A stretch of DNA of 64,000 bases from Schizochytrium sp. TIO01. Lineage: Eukaryota; Protista; Bigyra: Labyrinthulomycetes. Every line of letters begins with the position of its first letter. Position 1 is the first letter of the stretch. The stretch spans positions 4,874,436 through 4,938,435 of the forward strand of contig SMSO01000031.1 of NCBI GenBank assembly GCA_004764695.1. The letters are read 5' to 3'. Position numbers and translations under genes: made by a program. This document shows positions 44,266-57,055 of the stretch, in pieces. The notes under the pieces are model-generated. The model had not been told where the DNA came from, ran no database searches, and saw only the letters and a program-made list of their open reading frames with translations.

Positions 44266-47200
44266 AGCAAAGACCTCAAAATACTCTTGATGAGGCGTCA
44301 CCAAATCTCTTTGAGTTTTACCTACACAAGGATTCTTTTTGCCCACTGATGAGTTGCATCGCTGCCCATCTGTCAAAGCAAGGGTTACCTGAAGCAATGA
44401 ATGATGCATTCTTGATTCAATAATAATAAAATAAACTTAAATAAACTAAAAATAACACGAAACAAACAATAATGGTTTATTTTCATTTTTTCCGAAGTTA
44501 TCACATAATGATCCATTTTTTTTAAATATTGAAAACTTATTTTGTGAAACAATATAACAGAAAGGAGAAGGAACAAATAAATTCTTTAGTGCTTACGAGG
44601 TTCAACTTGAAGTTCCTTCCCTCTTTCGAGATTGGAGCGCCGCTCTCCCTCGCTCGCTGCTGGACGCCTGCAAACGATCCATAGCAATCCCGTCACGGCT
44701 GCGGCTGGGGCATCTCTGTGACCCTCCACCTGTCCAGGAGGGCTACTTTCTCCGCAGCGAAGCCTGCCTCTTCGAAATCTCTTGCCAACTAGTGGTCCCT
44801 GTACTTCTGTATCTTGCTCGCTCAGCGAATCTTGGTTTCTTTTTGTTTCTTTTTGTTTCTGTTTCTTTTTTTATTATATTAGTTTTAAAGGCCTCTTTCA
44901 AAATTAAAATTTAATTTAATTAATTAAATAAGATTAGAATGGGAGAAGTGCCAGTGTAACAGCTAGCTCATTCTTACTGCACTTTTTCTTTTTAGTTGCT
45001 TAAAATGTCCATACATCTTTCACTCAAGTTCACTTTCAAGAGTGAGGGTTTAGAATAGCACAAATACATTAATTTGACAGGAACACCTACGGTCCTGGCA
45101 CCTCAATCAACAAAACAGGAGACACCTAGGGTATTGTTTCTCTTTCGTTCTCTTCAGTTTTACTAGACCTTCACTTTTTGCAATCGGGATTATACGCACC
45201 TCTCCAGGGGCGCTGGATGATCCTTCAGAAAGTCTCCATGATCGAAATCGACTTGGCATTGGCAGCGTTCTCGACGTCAATCTATTATCAGCAAGAGTCG
45301 CGTGAGTATGTGTCTCTGGAGCGCGCGAAGAACTGGGCTCGCAGGCTGGAATCCTTCTGCCTACGTTTGCATGCACCCAAACAAACAGAGTGCTTCGCAC
45401 TTTCTCTACTTCTGCTGGAGCTGCTTCCTTGAAGCTTTTACACTCAGTCTTCAGCTTTCTATAACTGCGCTCCCAGACAAGTAGAATTCTTCTCCAACTA
45501 TGCCACCGGCCATCTTTCAGGCTCGTGCATCACCGCCTTGAGTTTGTGCGAGCAGACGAACGAACGAATCTCAGCGGAGTGCCGAAGCTTTGTCATTCAG
45601 GGTACCCAGGAGCAGTTTTCTCAATTTCTGCGAGTTGACTGTAATGTAATCAGCATTACATCGTACATTCATTCATTCCTACACCATACACCGCTGCAGC
45701 TGTGGCGCTACCGAGCTTAACAGACCTCACCGGCGCTGGAGAGAGGTGTAGATGGCGACGCCGCGAGCCAGCCCGTGAATGTAGGAGCACGGGAAGGGCA
45801 AAGGGCATCCAGCTAGAAGCCGAAAAGATGGACTCGGCCGGGTCCGTCGCCAGTGCAGTGAGCTGAGGGCCAATTGGGCCCGACGCACGTGCCTGATTGA
45901 ATTCGTATGCACGCGCCAAGTGCAGGAATTCTTTCTTTTTCTCTTCTTGCAACCCTTGTTAGGTAATTATTGTCATCACTAGTATCGACAAAATGAGAAA
46001 ACGATGCCTTTGACATTTAAATAATAATATAAATATTTTAAGTAAAAAAAAGAAAAAGTATATATTTTGAGAATTAGTGATGCACAAAACGCTAGTAGTT
46101 TTTACCTACATGCATGCTGTGGCTGCCATATGAATATTTCTATGGAAACATAAATATACCAGCCCTCAAAGTGATTTTTGCTCACACATTGATAGCCAAA
46201 GACAGATCGTTCTCTCGTCCTCTTTAGTCTATACATTGTACCTAGGCAGACGAAGAATTAGTAATCGTAAAGGAAGCTAAAAAACATGAACAGAAGAGCA
46301 AAGAAAAATAAAGTGAAGAAAAAAAGAAATAAAGTGCACTAACTTTATAATGTTTCTGGTTATCTGAGTGTTTAAGTGGGTACCTAGGTGCTACTCTATG
46401 AAAGAGCGACTAGTCAAAATAACTCAAAGTTGCCAGCCTCCGGCTCTCCGATGGAGTGCTCGCTGTGCTTACTTGCGCACTTTTCGAGGTCTCTCAGTCG
46501 ATCAATTCCTATTACACTCAGTCTAATACTCGCCAAGTACGCTCACCCGCCCGCTCACTTACTTACCTACCACTCAGCCTCATCCCCTGCTGCTGGACAT
46601 TCTGGCTGTTTGGAATTCAAGTTTTGTTTATGTTTATCTTAGTAACCACGTCGCGTTTTTTCACGTGCTGTGCAAGAATGCAACATTGGTCATAAGCAAA
46701 TTCAAGGTTTGTTATTTTGATGTTTTTATTTTTTCTAATACTTTATTTGCAGCGGAGATTTTAGAAAAGCTTGAGGTATATAAGAAAGTACCTAGCTAGA
46801 GCATTACCATACCTCTTTGGGTTCTGGAATATAGTAGACACAGGCTGCAAGAGATGATACGAGCCCGCCGCTGGCTCATGCTGGCGACTCGTCGGAGGCT
46901 AAAAAAGATAAGCCAAATTGACAACAAATTTCTAAAGTGGCCAAGAACACCCCGTGCAGTAATATAGATGATACGAAGCAAGGTTTTCGCGATCAAACCG
47001 CTTTGTGGAAATTGACAACAAGAACCAGGATTAGGACCAAAAATCATCTCTTTTTCTAATCAAGCCTTATTTATCTTGTTTTGTTATTTTCTTTGGAAAG
47101 GGGAAAAATAAAGAAATGGAAAACCGCGCTTTTTTAATCCTCCTTCGAGAGTCAGCTAGATCCTCAAGACAAAAGGACAGAAACGTAAGTATTTGAAGAA

Positions 47201-50200
47201 TTTAAAGAAGCTCGAGCATCATGAGAAAGAACATGAGAGCCTTCTACGACTAGCTTGTTTGCATAACAGAGTTAGATGCTGGCACGTGAATATCTTCTCT
47301 AGTATGCCCATACAATCAATATTTAATATAGATTGAGGCAGAGAGTTTACTTTGCAGCGGCACGTGCCGAAATATGGGGTGTGTGCTCGACGCTTTACCT
47401 ACTATCAACATATTATAATGTCGCGGCTCCCCTTCCGAACTCTTCTGCTGTCACACGCTTCCACAGAAAGTGCAGAGTTGAGCTAGCGTCTTCGACAAGC
47501 GACCTTGCGCTGAGAAACCTGAGCTGGAGAGGCAGTAGCCCTGATCTAATCTGACATATTCATGAAAAGTCGTTGATGTACAGCGCTCTGGTGTATTACA
47601 TTATCACCTAGCTCTTAAAAGTCAAATCGATTGCAACTTCGGACAAGGGAACTGGACAGCGGCCGGCCGAATCGACGTTCGAATATTGAAGAGCCTAGTC
47701 AGTAGTTAGCGATTAGCAGCTTGCCACTTATATCAATCCTCCAACTCGAATTCCCTTCACAGGGTTGACTGTTGTGGGGATGCTCCCATCAATAAAGGGG
47801 AAAGAAGCAGTGAGTGTTGAAGCTCAACTTAGTAGTTTCCTCTGGTGATTTATAATGGGCAAAGTATGAGTGGCCATAAACAACGCTTAAAATCTAACAT
47901 TGAACTTTGTTATATTGAACGAGATACTGGGCAAAAACGAGGAGGTTAAGCAAGCCTTTATTCGTTGCTAGGTACCTATTTCAACACATCCTTCGTTTTA
48001 TTTTCTCGAAGGATATATGCTATGCTGTTTCGTATTCGCTTGTGTGCGATGCAGGAAGACGTGCGTGCGATCCTGCGCGCCTTCCTTTCAGTAACAACCA
48101 TGTTAATTTAATCAAAAGGATTGATCGAGCGTGTGAGCTCTATCATACTATCCTGGAATACTTTATGCATGGAGCTTGAACCTGCAAAAACTACAAGGAC
48201 AGTTCCTGAGCTAGGAGCCAACCATCGCTACTTTAATAAGATCTTTCCTATTGAGCGAAGCAATATTGCCAGTGCGGCATTACCTCAAGCTGGGTGCGAC
48301 TTGAAATTGGTATAGAAAAGGAATTTGGAACCATTCGATTGACTGCACGTCGGTGGTATAGGAGGCAGTACCTACTTTTTTTCTTCCTAATGAAAATTTG
48401 TTCTGCGTGGCCATAGCCCTGCCCAGCACGTGAAAACTGTCTGGCGTTTGAATACTTGAATCCTACGCCCCGTATTTCTAGCCCTATGATTAGAGAGGAA
48501 AACAAGTACTGGTTGTACTACTACCTGTCTAGCAAGCCCAAGTAATTAGTTAGAAATTTGAAGACCATAATATACGAGTCGATGAGGTACGTGAGTTGTT
48601 TCGCTAAGTTTCGCTTCGACTCGGAGTTCTCTGCTGTCGAAATCTTGATGCAAAATTGATTGAAAATTAAGGGGAGATACATAATGTAGAGGGTATAGAG
48701 TAAAGCAAAAGCGATCTTGTGGGTCAAAATGGCCAGCAAATAGTTGTGCGTCTTTTCGTTTGCGACGATTTATGAACGATTGGTGGATGATCATAACCAC
48801 ACAAAATAAATATCTTTTCGCAGGACTTACCTAGCTGGGCAATAGAAGCAATACCAAGGTACCTCATTAAGTCTTCCTTCTCTAAAATCTCAGAGTCTAA
48901 TCGCACCATGACAAAGAAGACAAACTGGCTGCTCTATCTATATATGAACTTGAAACCTTATTTGTGCTTGGGTTTCGGTAGCTGGAAACATACAAGATTT
49001 TAGTCGAAACATCCATCATATTGCATTGGATTTTGAGACATGAGTCTTCACATCAGCAGCCTTCATGAAATTCTGATTTATCATATTCTATTTATGCGCC
49101 GCAAGAGGATTGCCAGCCAGTCCACCTCGTCTTATTATAAAAGATTGAAGCTACCGGTATCGAAAAGGGACTCCAAGTCGAGCGAATAGATGAGAGGAGT
49201 ATCAGAGAGAAAACACCAATGTGTCCAGCTTGGCGAGACTCTCCAGCCGCAGCCCGCTCGGAGTCGCAGAACTTGAAAGTACCTAGGAATTACGATGCTT
49301 TATTGTTTCCCCTCAAGTTTTTATCACCTGACTGTCTGCTTAGTCCCAGAATTTAATCTCTTCCCGTCGATTTGATGTGGCTTCAAGGTGTCTGATAAGT
49401 TGTGACGCCCATATATATACGGCCTTGACTTATGAAGGATCGATTGCAGCTTAAACGTGACGACATCCGGTGAACTCTTTGAATACAAACCTTTTTGGCA
49501 TGTTCAACAATTCTGCCGAGAGGTAAGAAAGCACAGAGAGATTAATATTCTTTGTTGATGCAAAAAGTCAGATGGCCACATCCACAAGGAGGAGAACTTC
49601 AAGTGGCCGTTTCTACAAATGAATTATGAAAGTATTGTGGGATAAGACAGTGCGGGAGGGGGGGGAGCGATTTCTGAGGTTAGGGTAAAGTGCGCTCTAG
49701 ACAAGCAAGCGAGCGTGGGAGCAGTTGCTCGGATTGAGCTGACTCTCCCACGCAATCAGGCAATCAAGCAATCAATAGTTCAGGGGGCATCACATTTAAT
49801 GGTGTTAAGCAAAGTATTACGGAAATTCAGTACTTTAAAAGTAAATAATTTGCTTATGCTCCTCACGCCACATCGCAGCAGCAGCCTCTTGGTTTCCTGA
49901 AAGGTTGTTTGCTTTCCCAAAAAAGATGAGTCATGAGGCTTTATTTTGTTCAGATAAATATCCATACCTTCGCGCAATAATTAATGCTAATTTATCGTGA
50001 TAAGTTTGGTTGATCTGCTCAAGAGCGACCACCAAAGAACATCAGTTTGGCCGAAGAATCTTGTTTGTTTTTTGTTTGTTTTCCTCGCTGAGTGCTTACC
50101 GACGTATGCAATTTGCTAGCTTGATACCGAATGCTGCGAATGCTGCGTACGTCAAACTATAGAGGTGGGTACCGAATTGGCAGGAACTATCAATGATTTA

Positions 50201-51782
50201 TTTATTCAACTATTTTTTACTCTGTGGCATTCAAAACTTTATAAAAGATCTTATGCAGTTGCACCTGGACACTAGACTAAGCAATCAGAAGTTTGGTTCC
50301 AGCTGGAAAAAAAGGCACACGTTTTTCCGTGCTTCGAAGTTTGTTTTCCATCTATACCTAGGACGCTTCCTGACCGTCTCCGCAGAAATTTATCGATTTC
50401 AAAAATTAGAGACCGTCGACTGTAACGAGTCAATTTTCTATTGGCAAAGCAAAATTGCCGTTCGCAACAACCTAGCAAACATATAGTTAATCCAAAAGGC
50501 ATATCGCATGATTATAACTTTAAATAATGTCATAGTACCCGAACTAGAACGCACAGTTGCAGGACGGGAAAACTCAATTTCTTTTAGTACCACGCAAGAG
50601 ATAAGACAGATTAAGTATACAAGTCAACCAATTTGAGCGCTCAGAATTTTCGCTTGCTGGGAGCGATTGCGAAGTGCTGGATGATTTTTTTCTTTTGATC
50701 TTCTAGTGGTCTTTCTGCTATGACTTTTGGGGTCCACTACGATAAAAAAAGTACACACCCTTGAATCATGCGTGCTTCACTCGGCCAACAGCAAGAGCAC
50801 GAGCGAAGCAAAACGTTGAGTTGCAAGTCGATTTAAAAGAAATTCAATTCGAATTATTTGATGGCTCAACTTATAAACTCAATATTGCTCACTGATGTCT
50901 TCACAAACATCAAGTGTCTGGGCAAACCATACTCGAATTTACTTGCCACGGAGGAAGGTTGGGACTCCCTCGCACGCTCGTGCAATGCCCAGCACACTAT
51001 AACTCATGCTTCGTGATGGAACGTCGCTAAATTGGGCGCACGCCAAACCCAATACCCTTGCAATTCCCAAAAGCCAAGCTCAGACCCCAATGCAGAGGTG
51101 CACACCACGATCGCTCCTAGTACGAGAATTTTATAAATTTGTTTGGCCCACAATGCTTTGCTTACATCGTAGCATCCGTACGTAATTCAGCTTTCATGAT
51201 ATAATGCTTCAAGGGATGCAGTTTTTAAATATATTTATTTATTTATTATCTCATAAGATAATTAATCTATTTTTCAAGTTGAGTTTTCATCTAACGTGAA
51301 AAAAACTTGGCAAAGACAATTAGCCTATACGTGGACAACGAAGCAAGCAGCACCAAAGTGATGGCAGCGCAATGTCAAGAGTAATTATTATAGCTTGAGC
51401 TTTTATTTCAGTCAAGGGTAGGTTTTCACTAAGATAATGGTACTAGTGACAATAATCTTCAAGATTTTTACCTTTTATTAAAAAGCTTAGGATACTGTGG
51501 AAGGAGACATTCTCTCCTACATTCTTTTGTTCTTTGTCCTTCAAATCAGGCAAACATCTTTCCAGACATTAGCAACATACAACAACAAAAACACATACAC
51601 TATTGGTTGTTTTCCTTCTCTATGACACTGTAAGGGGGGAAAACAGACTAAACGAAGAACAAAGAATCAAAAATGACAGAAAAAGGCTGACCAAGCGCTA
51701 AAACATGTTCTCTCCACAGATTACACTTTGAACAAGTATCGAAACATTTGACCAAGGTTTTAACCCTGTTTTGCACAAAGGC

Positions 51783-53705
51783 TTATGCAATGACGCAGCA
51801 ACCACCCGCTTCGCCAGAGCTACCCTGTGTTGATTTGGCAGCAGTTCGCTCTAAAGCGGGTGACTTGTTCTTAGCAGCATGACCATTCGCAGCCACAGCA
51901 CGAGTCGAAGCTAATTGTTTCGCGTCTTTGGATGAGACTGACGTTGATTTCGATCCTTCATTGACTTGCACTTTACTATTCGGAGTGGCTTTATTAGACA
52001 CTGGGACTCTGTTCATTATAGCAGCACGTGCCGCGATTTCGGGGGGTAGCATATCTATTGCCAACTTGCTCGTGGAGGACTTGGAGGACTTGGACGAATC
52101 TGATGAAGTTGCGCTGCTTCCAGAGCTCCTCTTCGCAGCTTTGCCTTTGGTCTTGGAAGACTTGCTTTTGGCTGCCTTTGCGAGCTCTCGAGCCGAGGAT
52201 GTTCGCTCATTGACTGAGCTGATAATACGTTCCGTCTCGCCAGTGTCCACTTCGCTTTCGAGCTCTTCTAGCCAATCAACAATATAAATAGGCTGAAGAC
52301 GGTCGGAAGATTCATAGCTCATGCATTGCTCGGTCAGACGAAGCAAAGAAGTTGGACACCCTTTGATGGCGTACGTCTCCAGCTGTGAGAAATCAAGTTG
52401 AAATGAATCCTCAGGCTTGCGAACCATGAACCCATGCCGACCCAAAGCTCGACCAGTAGCCACCTCTGCTAACAAACCTCCAAACGCAAAGACATCTACG
52501 GAAGCGGTATATGGTGTTGAGAACAACAGTTCCGGTGCCATAAATTCCTCAGTGCCGCAAATCGTTTGCCGACGAGTGCGAACGGACATTCGAGGCTTGT
52601 GTTGTGCAGCAAGCTCGCTGCCTTCCTGGATTTCATTTCGATTGTAAGTACCTCGTGCCATACCAAAGTCCGCAAGCTTTGCAACTAGAGCACCTGGCGG
52701 GCTTGCTGACATATGCCGAACGGCCATGTTAAGTAAAACATTTTCAGGTTTGACATCGCGATGCATAATGCCGCGCTCATGCAGAAACTTCACAGCACTT
52801 GCAATGTGGACGCACACGCGCAAGCGATGAGCCCAAGAAAACATTGAGGCGGATGCTTTGTCAGCTTTAATGGCCTCAGTCAGTGATCCGCCAGCCATAA
52901 ACTCCGTAACAGCAAGAATGCGTGTACCCTCCTCATTGCGCTCGATGGTTGCACCTATAAGTTTGATAATGTTATCATGTTTTAGACTGTGAAGCAGAGT
53001 GATTTCTGTAATTGCGTAAACCTCATCGTCGATTTTTACCTCCTTTACACAAACCGTCTGATCACGAAAAGTGCCACGGCGAACAACGCTAAAGTTGCCG
53101 GAATTCGACATGAGCCTGCCAATCTGGACTTCTTCCATAGGAAAATGCCAATCCACTTCGGTCAATTTTGCAATACTACGTGGTAGACGAGAAGCAATTT
53201 TATCTTCCTCACGACGTACACTGAGCCGCTGCATGCTAAGGGCAGATGCCTCGTCCTCATCATCAGTCCCCTCAAAAGAGCTCTGTAGAAAAAATTCATC
53301 CTCGTCATCGTCGTCAGAGTCTCGAATTTGTGGGGCTAAATGAACGGGGGAAGCTGGGGCAGTACTTGTCGGAGTTGGGGTAGGCGTTCCCGTTGTATAC
53401 ATAGGAGATTTGAATTCTTCATTATCTGTAAGCGGCCTTCGTACACTGTATCGCTCACGCAATGGTTGACCAAGCATTCGAGCAAGAAACTGCGAGATGT
53501 ATTCGAGGTCATCTTGCTCCCTACGCAAAACCACGTCCTCCTCTTCTTCTCCGAGAAGGCGATCGTTTTCAGGAACAGAGCTACGTTCATGGCGTGGGCT
53601 TATTGGGACGTGAAGGTCAGAAGAGCGTGAGCTCAGAGTGCCACCCGAGACTTCAACATCATTCGGGCTCAAGTTTCTACTGCTTGCGCCTCGCCTTTGA
53701 GACAT
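51783..53705 (-). CDS. TKL-group protein kinase (LISK: LIMK/TESK-like) with C-terminal CaaX
   Basis: SGNFSVV, VCVK, HDNIIKLIG, HRDVKPENVLL, KLADFGMAR, TICGTEEFMAPE, VDVFAFG and CP..LLRLTEQC; ends GGCCVIA-stop. Confidence 0.88.
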   Translation of the reverse strand: MSQRRGASSRNLSPNDVEVSGGTLSSRSSDLHVPISPRHERSSVPENDRLLGEEEEDVVLRREQDDLEYISQFLARMLGQPLRERYSVRRPLTDNEEFKSPMYTTGTPTPTPTSTAPASPVHLAPQIRDSDDDDEDEFFLQSSFEGTDDEDEASALSMQRLSVRREEDKIASRLPRSIAKLTEVDWHFPMEEVQIGRLMSNSGNFSVVRRGTFRDQTVCVKEVKIDDEVYAITEITLLHSLKHDNIIKLIGATIERNEEGTRILAVTEFMAGGSLTEAIKADKASASMFSWAHRLRVCVHIASAVKFLHERGIMHRDVKPENVLLNMAVRHMSASPPGALVAKLADFGMARGTYNRNEIQEGSELAAQHKPRMSVRTRRQTICGTEEFMAPELLFSTPYTASVDVFAFGGLLAEVATGRALGRHGFMVRKPEDSFQLDFSQLETYAIKGCPTSLLRLTEQCMSYESSDRLQPIYIVDWLEELESEVDTGETERIISSVNERTSSARELAKAAKSKSSKTKGKAAKRSSGSSATSSDSSKSSKSSTSKLAIDMLPPEIAARAAIMNRVPVSNKATPNSKVQVNEGSKSTSVSSKDAKQLASTRAVAANGHAAKNKSPALERTAAKSTQGSSGEAGGCCVIA

Positions 53706-56700
53706 TCTCGTGGTTGTGGTTTTGCAACGACGAGACGCGATTTCCTGGTTTATAACGCAAAAGCTTCCTGTCCTGGGATTTGCACTCGGCTTGATTTGTT
53801 GTTGGCAAAAATCCTACTAAAGAAAGAAAAACAAATGAGGGTCTACTGGCACCAGATAATGTGTGGACTCTTCACCAAATGAGCCGCAGTTAGCGCGTCC
53901 CCTTGTACGAATATACAGTGCTAATAGGGTTGATTCCTGGTTTAACAACCGAATCTCCTTTTATGAATTTGTATTTGAGAGCCTCGAGCGCTATACTCGC
54001 ACCTAAATAGTAGATGTACTAGGATTGCCGTATAATTTGGAAATATAGATTCGCAATTGTGACCTACTCAAATGTGCGAGCGGGCCCCAAAGTAAATTCA
54101 AGACTTGTTGAAGAAGATTGGAGGTTCCCGTTGTCAAAAGTCTAAGCTCTCTAAATCCGTTCAAGTCTGCGTAGCAACTCTCGTTGACCTGAAATGACAG
54201 TCCCTAAGTGTGCGTTGTGTGTGTGCGTTCAATACGTCTCGAGCGGGGGTACGACAGGATCTTCACGTAATGAACAAGGATAGATATTTATTGTGGGTCA
54301 AACAGGGCTGTTCCTAGAATTGCAAATATGAGTAAATCCCGTTGTGCACGCACACTGGAATCTTTCCTCGATTAGCGGTGCACAACGATGACGAGGATGG
54401 CTTTCGTTCGATGTAAGCTCAGCTCCTTTAATTGATTGATTGTGTCTGTGTTTCTTTCCCTCTAAATATAAACCCAAGTAGGTACCTACCTACCTGCTAG
54501 GTATTCCCCTTTGTATTTCGCTGTGGTTCTGTTAGTTAGTTGGCTGCCCGAAACCCGGGTGCACACCCTTGCACTTTTTCTCTCTTCCGGGTAGTATCAA
54601 ACTCTAAACTAATTGCGCAGAAGCCGAGAGTTGCTTGGCAGGCAGCGGTGCAGCGACAAGCACCAGCCCAGGCAATAATGTCGCAGTGTTCTTTAGAGCA
54701 CTGCTCTCAGTTGCCTGGACCCTGATTAAATTCGGAAGGGTCCCTTCAAGTAGAGTTACTAACTTGAGCCTAATGAATGAGCTACCGAGAGTACAGCTTA
54801 ACCAACAAGAAGCCACTCAATCCCTCGCTCACTCGCTCGCCTGCGGCTACCAGCGTCCAAGATTACACAACGCCTGAATACTGCAACCAAGGCGTCGATG
54901 GTGAACTCCACCACCACCACCAACAACAACAACAAACAACAGCGAAGACCACTACGGCGATGTAGCTCGAAGTCTCCAACGTCGAGACGGTCTATAAGTG
55001 TATAGAAAGCCACAACAGCGGCGACCTCGTCAACAGACCAGTTGGCTCGAGAATAGGGTTAAGGCCGTGGGGTCTTGCCGGAGTAGCAAAGGTTGGGGAG
55101 TGTTGGGTTGAAGCAAGTTGAGAAGGCTGTGGCTACGAAGTGACCTGCACAATATGAAGAACAAGAAAACCAAAAAAAACAGGAAGCGAAACGAGAGCAA
55201 GCCAGCGAGCGAGAGATTGCGAAGGAGTGAAAAGTAGAAAGCTCGAGCTCGAGCTCAGACACCGACAGTTTGCGACCTGCAGGAAATAAGGCTGGTCCTG
55301 GCGGGCGGGAGGATTGAAAGCTCAGGGATGGGTGCCAAAGGGTGAGAGGAGAGGGAGGGAGAGGGAGGGGTTCCTGGTTCGGGATGAAAAGAAAATAGTC
55401 TCGATGTGAAAAGGCCCCAAAGGGAGGAAAGTGGCAGGGACCTGCAGAAGCAGCAAAGGGGACCTAAAATAGAGCAGCTCGTGAGCAGAGAGCAACAAGG
55501 AACCTATGTTGAGTTGGGATGTCGTAGACCTGGGTGGCTTTCTTGCTTCCTTCCTTCCTTCCTTGCTTGCTTGCTTTCTTTCTTTCTTTCTTTCTTTCTG
55601 TTCTGGTTTTCAAAGATGGCCGAAGTTTGAGAATTCAAACGGGACCTCTACCGCCAAGCGAAGAGAGGAAACCAGCACCAGTCCAGCAAGACGAAAGTTT
55701 GTCAGGGAAGCGGGTACGAGCAGGCGGTGCGGCAAGCCTCCCCTCGCTCCTGGCCGGCTTGCTGAAGCAGCAATCAAGTTCACGCCGCCACGTTGCGTTC
55801 GATTTTGAATTGTCAATATCCCTCAATGCTTTGACTTCCTTCAAAACCCCATAATAATGTTACTATCGAATGAATGTCCAAAAACAGAACGAGAAAGAGA
55901 AAGAGAAAGAAAGAGAGAAAACTTTCCATAGAATAAGAAGAGTATCAACAAGAACCTAAATTACAAAGAACCAGCTTGAGCACTCACTCTCATTTACTTC
56001 CACCCTACCCCCCTATATGCCGCCCCCGATACCTTATCACGGGGTTAGTTTCGCACATATAGGGCTATTATAGGTGTTTAACAATAATACATGTTCCTTA
56101 ATAAACGCGATTTACACAGCAGCCTCATAATGTTGATTTGGATAGATTAAGGTACAGGCGATAGTTCTTGTATAAAAGGCCTATGTGGTTAGGCCGGTTT
56201 TTAGACCAGATAGACAAATAGGCTGCTTATCAGTGATCCTCTCTCTGTCTCTCTTTCGCATGGATTCTTTGTCCTCACTTCGTTCAATTCCGAATCAAGC
56301 CTCGAAGGTATCTTGTTTGGGTAAGTGCTAGGCGAGGGCGGAGCAGGGCCGCAAGAGGGTGGAAGGGGGCCATCCGCGTGCAAGGGAGAGGGGGCCGGTG
56401 ACCGGTTCCCGTGACTGCGTCGCAGGTTCTGGGATTCATCTGTCGATCTCCAGATATCTGATTATCTTTATTTTTGTGAATAGTTGGGTATTTCTCCTTT
56501 TCCTCTGACTGCTCTAGGCCTCCTTATTATTTTCCTAATATCTCGGAATTGACTCTTGAAGATGGAAACGCAGTGCGACAAGATTGAAGTGCACGGTGAG
56601 AATCATGGCGGCTGAGATGACAGTGATCGCGGCGAAGGTGGTAGCTATTGCAGGAGTTGGACGGCCAATATACAGGAGACTGCGGAGGTCTCGGCCTTGA

Positions 56701-57055
56701 GCCGGTGCTGCGAGCTGTCAAACCTTATATTATTTTTACGGTCAGTGCGACCTTAGTGGTAGTAGTTTATTTGGAGAACTAAGGGTGAGGTGAAGGCAAG
56801 CATGAGCGAATATAAGGTGATGATGTCCGATCGACTAACAGGAAGACCGGAGCTTTTCCGTTCTGATCCAATTTATTCATTGATGTGTGGACTTACTACT
56901 ACTACCTATTACCTGTCGTGATTAATACATGAATACTGTGGACAATTGACATGTTAATCTATGGGATGGGGGATGGAATCTTACCTATACCTTTGTGGGA
57001 TTTGGCAAATTCCAAGCGCAGCAAACCTAAAATATCTTCGATCAATAACAACACA

